Source: a bacterium
GTDB taxonomy: Bacteria > Hinthialibacterota > Hinthialibacteria > Hinthialibacterales > Hinthialibacteraceae
Assembly: GCA_041946805.1 (NCBI GenBank)
Contig: JBHGBC010000172.1
Coordinates: 1-12,539 of the forward strand
Direction: 5' to 3'
DNA: 12,539 nt
Each line of letters opens with the position of its first letter. Position 1 is the first letter of the stretch. A program made the translations under genes and the position numbers. Of the stretch, positions 7,707 to 12,539 are shown piece after piece. Below the pieces are notes generated by a model. The model saw only the letters and a program-made list of their open reading frames with translations, searched no databases and had not been told where the DNA came from.

Positions 7707-7910
7707 TCATCCGGGAAATGCGTACTTAATGAGGCCAAATCGGTTTCATACACTCCTTGAAGAGGGGGGATACCCAGGTCCGCCCCTGCAAAAATACCCT
7801 CCCCCTGGCCCTCTCCCAGAGGGGAAGGGAATTGGGGGAGTGGTTTTCATCGATCATTTCGGAGAGATGCGAACCGGCGATCTGAAAAAAAGTACGCACT
7901 GGCCGGATGA
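7707..7910. mobile_element. Second MITE-like element (~204 bp) with 21-bp imperfect TIRs
   Basis: Left end TCATCCGGGAAATGCGTACTT (7707-7727); right end AAGTACGCACTGGCCGGATGA (7890-7910), 18/21 match as inverted repeats. The left 127 nt recur at 2828-2955. Confidence 0.7.
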
Positions 7911-7929
7911 GCCACTGTGGGATTAATCG

Positions 7930-8400
7930 ATGACGAAACCAAGCGCGGGGATTCTGCTCTACCGCCGCCGGGGTGAGACGGTCGAAGTGTTTCTCGTCCA
8001 TCCCGGAGGCCCCTTCTGGGCCAAGAAAGACGAAGGCGCCTGGTCGATCCCCAAGGGGGAATTGTCCCCGGGGGAAGACCCGCTCGCGGCCGCCAAACGG
8101 GAATTTCAAGAGGAAACCGGATTATCCCTCCAGGGCGCGTTGCTTCCGCTCACCCCCGTCAAACTGGCCAGCGGGAAATTGATCCACGCGTGGGCCATGG
8201 AAGGGGATTGCGATCCCCGCGCCGTTCGCGCCAACACCTTCGTGATGGAATGGCCCCCCCGCTCCGGCCTCAAAAAGGAATTCCCGGAAATCGACCGCGC
8301 GGATTGGTTCCCGGCCGGCCCGGCGTTGAAGAAAATCGGGAAAGGCCAAATCCCCTTTCTCCTGGAACTGCAACGCCTGCTTCAGGATGAAGTTCAGTAG
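7930..8400 (+). CDS. NUDIX hydrolase (predicted NTP pyrophosphohydrolase, COG4119-like)
   Basis: SAGILLYR, LVHPGGPFW, Nudix box WSIPKGE...AAKREFQEETG, MEWPPRSG, FPEIDRADWF. Confidence 0.93.
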   Translation: MTKPSAGILLYRRRGETVEVFLVHPGGPFWAKKDEGAWSIPKGELSPGEDPLAAAKREFQEETGLSLQGALLPLTPVKLASGKLIHAWAMEGDCDPRAVRANTFVMEWPPRSGLKKEFPEIDRADWFPAGPALKKIGKGQIPFLLELQRLLQDEVQ

Positions 8401-8425
8401 TGGGGGAGCGTATTGTTGAAAGGCT

Positions 8426-11400
8426 TTACATCCCCCTCTCGCGCGGCCCGCTGGATTCGGGAATGGCGCTCGCGCCCGGTGGATAATTCCCCGTGAATAA
8501 ATCCTGCAATGTGGATACCGCCTCATTCCATTGGGCCGGCGTGGCCGCGAGATATAACTCGGCCGGTTGGGTCTCGATTGCCCAGCCATCATTCACGCGC
8601 GTGACTGCCTGCGGGTAGATGGTTTCCAACATCCCGGCCTGCCATTCCACCGCGGACGCGATCAATTCACCCGCCTGGTTATGCCACCACAATTTTCCCC
8701 CCCGGGTGGTACACAAAATCAACCTTTGAGATTCCGACAATCCGCGATGGTCCAAACCGACCATCATCCACGGGCTTTCGCCTTGGATGATCGCCTGGTT
8801 TTGCATGGCGAAGGAGCGCGAGCCGGTGACGGCCAAGGCCTGGCCTTTGGGATTCAGCAACACCCCCGCGGGGATCCGGTCCAGGAAGCTCCATTGGAGA
8901 GTCTCCCGCGAACGAACCACTTCCACGCGCGTTTCCGGGGGAAACGCGCTCCGGGGCAGGACGGTGATCCAGGTATCCTCGTGGGATTTCATCTCCGTGA
9001 ACCGCCATACGCCCGTACCGGCGCGAATCTCCGCGGGTGCAGGAATACCGGCAAGGGATATCAGAGTTGCATAAAAGTTAGTTTCGGGATTGGATGTCAG
9101 TTCCGGTTGGGTGACAAACAATTCCTGGCCGGGGAATGTTTCCCACGGTTCGGGAACATACAACACGCGGCCTTTCCCCAGGTTGTTTTCATACACCGTC
9201 AACCGCGTGGGGGTGCTTGTTTCCCGCGCGGAAACCGTTTCGGCCAGCGGCAAGGGCAATCCGGACCGGTGCTGGGCCGTTCCGGTGGATTTCACGCCGC
9301 AGAGCCGCTCCAGCCGTTGCGCCGCGCGCGTACCCAATGGAGTTGTGCTGGGATCCCCGGAAACATAAACGCAGGCGCCGTTCCTAGCCATCTGTTCCAG
9401 CGCTTGAACAACATCATCCGGCAGCGCGTACGCCAGGGGGGCGATGATCAGCCGGGGAAGCTTACCTGTCCATCCCGGGAGGCTGGATTCGTTCACGACC
9501 GCATAAGGAATGTTCGTGGCCAGAAGGCAGTCGAGCGCGTTCAGCAAGGAAGTATAGCTTAACGATTCCGGCGCGCCCAGCCGCCAGGTGTCGGGCATGA
9601 CGAAGATTGTATCGGAGGGGATGTATTCCGGGTGGATCATTTCGGAAAGGAGACGCAGGTTCCTGTAGAGTTTGGCCGCCGGCTTGGGACGCAAGGGATT
9701 GTTCCAGGCGATTCCCCAGGGGAACACCCGGTCGGGATCGTCGCTCCAGCACCAGTTTTGGATCTTGGTGACACCCATGGCCCAGGCGGTATGCGGAATC
9801 CACCAAAACAAATCGAGCTGCTCTGCCGGAGTGCGTTGAATATGGTAATGCGCCGCGCCGTACTGGGTCTTCCAGGCGTCGTGCGTTTTGACGCCGAATT
9901 CACCCATGTTGATGGTTTTGCCATACCAGCGCATGTCATTCCATTTCACCACGGCCATCAGGCGCGCCAGGTCCCAACGCGGCTGATCGAAATAACCGAA
10001 ATTGGCCGCGTCCATCTCCCCCAAGGTCAGCCGGAGATCGATGCCCGAGAAGGGGCGTTGATAGTATTCGCTGGTGATGGGGTGGTCCGGATCCTCCGCG
10101 CGGATCGCCTGGCACAAGGCTTGAATCCACCGGCGCATCAATTGGATTTGAAATTCCTGGCGGTCGCGGGCCTGGACATCATACCAGGATTGCGCGTAAT
10201 GCTCGCGCGCCGGGAGGCTGCCCCATTCCGCGTCCAGCGCCGGGATTCTCCAGGCTTGCTTCAGTGTTTCTTCCGATCCATACCGCTTTTGCAGAAATTC
10301 GTTCCACAAGCGCCGGATGTCCGGAGTGTCTTTCATGCGCAGTTGAAAATCCCCGTTGAGGTAGTAGATCAATCCGGGAGCGTTTTTATACCGCGCCGCG
10401 AAACGGCGGCACAGCTCCGCCTGGCGCGCCAATTCGTCATCGCTGACCACCACATCCTGCCCGATCAGCAATCCCGCCATGTAAGGCAACGCAAAACGCT
10501 GGCACAACTGGATGAAGGCGTCCAACTGCCGCCATTGCCTTTCGTTGTAAGTATGGTTGTAAGGAATAAATTGTAAATTCTCGAACAAATGCAGGCCATG
10601 ATCGCGCATCGACTGGATTTCCTGATACCAGGTCCAAGGCGAATGATTCGGTGATTGAAAGTAATTGCCGTACGTGTCGGTGCCCCACAGGCTGACGCGG
10701 CGTGCCGTTCCATCCGGAGGGGTCAATTCGAACGCGTTGTCCAGGTAGCGGATCTTGGTCCCTTGGGCCAGGGTGTTTTCGTCGTAGACGCAAAAGCCGG
10801 AGCGTAGCGTGTCCAGTACTGTATCCCCGCTTTTGACTATGGCTTGGACGGCAACAAAATCCGGAGCGTGATCCGGAATGTCCCAGGTGAATGTCAATCG
10901 CTGGGTGGTTTGTCCGGCTGTAATGCTGGTTTGCGTTGCTGTATGAAGAACGGCATTGCCATTTGTATCCGGCGATGCGAAAGATAACTCGATCTGCAAG
11001 ATTTGTTCCCGCAATGAGGAATTGTTGACGTTCAGAATCAGATGGGCCGATTCCCCCTTGGCATAGATCGGCTGTTCGGGCGTGAGGGTCTGGATGAAAA
11101 CACCGGACTGCAATCGCCGGATGATCATCCGCAAAAGAATTTGACCTTCCTGCCCTTGGAACAGGTCCCGGTTGGATATGCCGAACAATACCCACCGCGA
11201 GTGGTGAAACGGGCCCGTGTGATGATTGACCATCGCTCCAGCCGTGCCCGCGAAGCGGCCGTTCTCATCCTGCGCGTCGAGGAGGGGAAGCCACCGGGCG
11301 TTTTGTTGCAGTTGTGCGGTCGCTTCCCAGCCCTCTACGGCTCCCTCGGATTTCCATTCTTCTTCGTAAGCGGCGCTGGGTGACAGAATCACCCGGTTTC

Positions 11401-12385
11401 CCCGCAGCGGCTGATCCGGGCTGAATAATGTCAGTTGCGTGGGTAGAATCCGCAGGCCGTCTTCCGGAACACCGTAATGCGCGTTGATCCGTTCGTCCCG
11501 GGGCAGGGAAGCGCAGGTCACCTCGTCGAACCACAACGTCCCGGTGGCCAGATACAATCCGCCGTAAAACACTACCTTCTTGGCGGACGCATCGATTTCT
11601 ACCTGGCTTTCATGCCGCTTCCAATCTTGATCCTGCTTGAATTGCGCGAAGTCGGCAAAACGCAGTAATTGATTGTTGGCCCCATACTGATAAACCGCCA
11701 GGTAGCCATATCCCGTTCCCTGGATATCCTTGGTTCTGGCCTGCGCGCCGATCAGATAGGTTTCGCCGGGGGTCACAGACAACGTCCGTTCCCACCGGGC
11801 GCCCAGCGCGGCATGATTCACCACTTGCGCCGCGTGAGTTCCCGCGAAAGCCGGCTGCTCCGTAATCGTGCATTGCTCCGGTTGGGAGGTGACCCATTCC
11901 GAATGGCCGTCTTCAAATCCTCCCTGAGAGATTAACGAAAAATGCGGATCGCGGGCCCGGGCTTCCGCGGCCTCCCGCACGGTATGATAGTCGATCCACT
12001 GCCCATTTTGACGAACCAGCAAATGATCGAAGGCGTATCCACCCGTGCAGAATAAATCTCCTCCATTCTGCAAAAAAGACAGCAGCGAATCCTTGGCGGA
12101 AAGCGGAAACGATGCCCCCGTGGGGATCACTAACAAATCCAATCGCCCGGTTTGGAGCATGGCGGGATCGGAAAGTTGGTCCGCGGTCAGCGTGACGCTC
12201 TCGATACCCTCGGCGGCGAAGGCTTCGTGAAACGTTTGCGCCGGAGTCGCTTGTCCCACCGCGGGAAAATCCGGCTCGTCGAAAATGGCCGCCCGGTAGG
12301 GAGGAATTTCCGCCGCCCCGGGTGCGGGAAGAAAAGACAATATAAAACAAAGCACAAGAATCAGCGATCGAATGGCTTTATTCAT
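8426..12385 (-). CDS. Large secreted multidomain glycoside hydrolase-like protein (clan GH-A, GH42/GH5-like barrel; CBM-like and GATase1-like/trimerisation domains)
   Basis: About 1319 aa from ATG 12385 (MNKAIRSLILVLCFILSFLPAPGAA signal peptide). CBM4/9-like segment GGFEDG...LWFDEV. GH42-like FLQKRYGSEETLKQAW. Nucleophile motif MGEFG, then NWCWSD and RPKPAA. Trimerisation-like domain ending GKGRVLY. Confidence 0.8.
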   Translation of the reverse strand: MNKAIRSLILVLCFILSFLPAPGAAEIPPYRAAIFDEPDFPAVGQATPAQTFHEAFAAEGIESVTLTADQLSDPAMLQTGRLDLLVIPTGASFPLSAKDSLLSFLQNGGDLFCTGGYAFDHLLVRQNGQWIDYHTVREAAEARARDPHFSLISQGGFEDGHSEWVTSQPEQCTITEQPAFAGTHAAQVVNHAALGARWERTLSVTPGETYLIGAQARTKDIQGTGYGYLAVYQYGANNQLLRFADFAQFKQDQDWKRHESQVEIDASAKKVVFYGGLYLATGTLWFDEVTCASLPRDERINAHYGVPEDGLRILPTQLTLFSPDQPLRGNRVILSPSAAYEEEWKSEGAVEGWEATAQLQQNARWLPLLDAQDENGRFAGTAGAMVNHHTGPFHHSRWVLFGISNRDLFQGQEGQILLRMIIRRLQSGVFIQTLTPEQPIYAKGESAHLILNVNNSSLREQILQIELSFASPDTNGNAVLHTATQTSITAGQTTQRLTFTWDIPDHAPDFVAVQAIVKSGDTVLDTLRSGFCVYDENTLAQGTKIRYLDNAFELTPPDGTARRVSLWGTDTYGNYFQSPNHSPWTWYQEIQSMRDHGLHLFENLQFIPYNHTYNERQWRQLDAFIQLCQRFALPYMAGLLIGQDVVVSDDELARQAELCRRFAARYKNAPGLIYYLNGDFQLRMKDTPDIRRLWNEFLQKRYGSEETLKQAWRIPALDAEWGSLPAREHYAQSWYDVQARDRQEFQIQLMRRWIQALCQAIRAEDPDHPITSEYYQRPFSGIDLRLTLGEMDAANFGYFDQPRWDLARLMAVVKWNDMRWYGKTINMGEFGVKTHDAWKTQYGAAHYHIQRTPAEQLDLFWWIPHTAWAMGVTKIQNWCWSDDPDRVFPWGIAWNNPLRPKPAAKLYRNLRLLSEMIHPEYIPSDTIFVMPDTWRLGAPESLSYTSLLNALDCLLATNIPYAVVNESSLPGWTGKLPRLIIAPLAYALPDDVVQALEQMARNGACVYVSGDPSTTPLGTRAAQRLERLCGVKSTGTAQHRSGLPLPLAETVSARETSTPTRLTVYENNLGKGRVLYVPEPWETFPGQELFVTQPELTSNPETNFYATLISLAGIPAPAEIRAGTGVWRFTEMKSHEDTWITVLPRSAFPPETRVEVVRSRETLQWSFLDRIPAGVLLNPKGQALAVTGSRSFAMQNQAIIQGESPWMMVGLDHRGLSESQRLILCTTRGGKLWWHNQAGELIASAVEWQAGMLETIYPQAVTRVNDGWAIETQPAELYLAATPAQWNEAVSTLQDLFTGNYPPGASAIPESSGPRERGM

Positions 12386-12412
12386 GATCACTCTCGCGAG
12401 TAATGATTGGTC

Positions 12413-12481
12413 CGATTGCACGGTTGTAGTGCAGGCCGCCCCTTTCAGGGTTTCCCTCACCCTGAGCCACTCCCAGGGGAG
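12413..12481. repeat. Degenerate relic related to the interior of the 4421-4662 element
   Basis: CGATTGCACG-N14-CGCCC(C)TTTCAGGGYTTCCMTCWCCC occurs with the same spacing at 4476-4524 and 12413-12462. Confidence 0.65.
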
Positions 12482-12539
12482 CTACTCTCCGCACACATTC
12501 TTTCTACGGGCCTAAAGAAGTGGCGATCTGCCAGCCGGC

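Noticed and set aside
2828..7910. Repeats as a CRISPR array
   Set aside because: Copies are dispersed kilobases apart, degenerate and of variable length, with no regular spacers and no cas genes.
8567..10576. Long plus-strand ORFs (331 aa, 314 aa) and other antisense ORFs such as 686-1480 and 6824-7753
   Set aside because: Antisense shadows of well-supported genes, with no recognisable motifs or good initiation signals.
12110..12121. TGAS in the large GH protein as an ApbE flavinylation site
   Set aside because: Lacks the upstream Asp and FMN-binding domain context, lies in a GATase1-like loop, and the protein is secreted while this ApbE appears cytoplasmic.
158..12385. Whole window as a single carbohydrate-utilisation or polysaccharide locus
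   Set aside because: Genes alternate in orientation and are separated by terminators and repeats; nothing in the sequence shows co-regulation.
12386..12460. Longer upstream starts in the ORF track (12460, also 1576, 6156, 6413)
   Set aside because: Downstream ATGs have better RBS, signal peptide or coupling context; the 12460 extension runs through a repeat relic.

Overview
GC-rich bacterial chromosomal window with eight credible CDSs and one tRNA. In order: NCS1/cytosine-permease-family transporter (-), tRNA-Gln(UUG) with a near-consensus sigma70 promoter (+), ApbE-family flavin transferase lacking a lipoprotein signal (-), exported YdjC/ChbG-family deacetylase (+), UDP-glucose 6-dehydrogenase (-), a DUF4911-like small protein translationally coupled to an enolase-superfamily (mandelate racemase-like) enzyme (+), a NUDIX hydrolase (+), and a ~1319-aa secreted multidomain clan GH-A-like protein (-). 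No integrase, transposase, CRISPR array or defence genes were seen. The most notable signal is non-coding. Four intergenic regions carry related modular repeats: two MITE-like elements with different terminal inverted repeats (4421-4662 and 7707-7910), a chimera of the two (2828-3108), and a further relic (12413-12481). All share one pyrimidine/purine hairpin core. The large glycoside hydrolase-like protein has NGD in place of the canonical NE acid/base motif. All family calls come from motifs recognised by eye, not from database searches.
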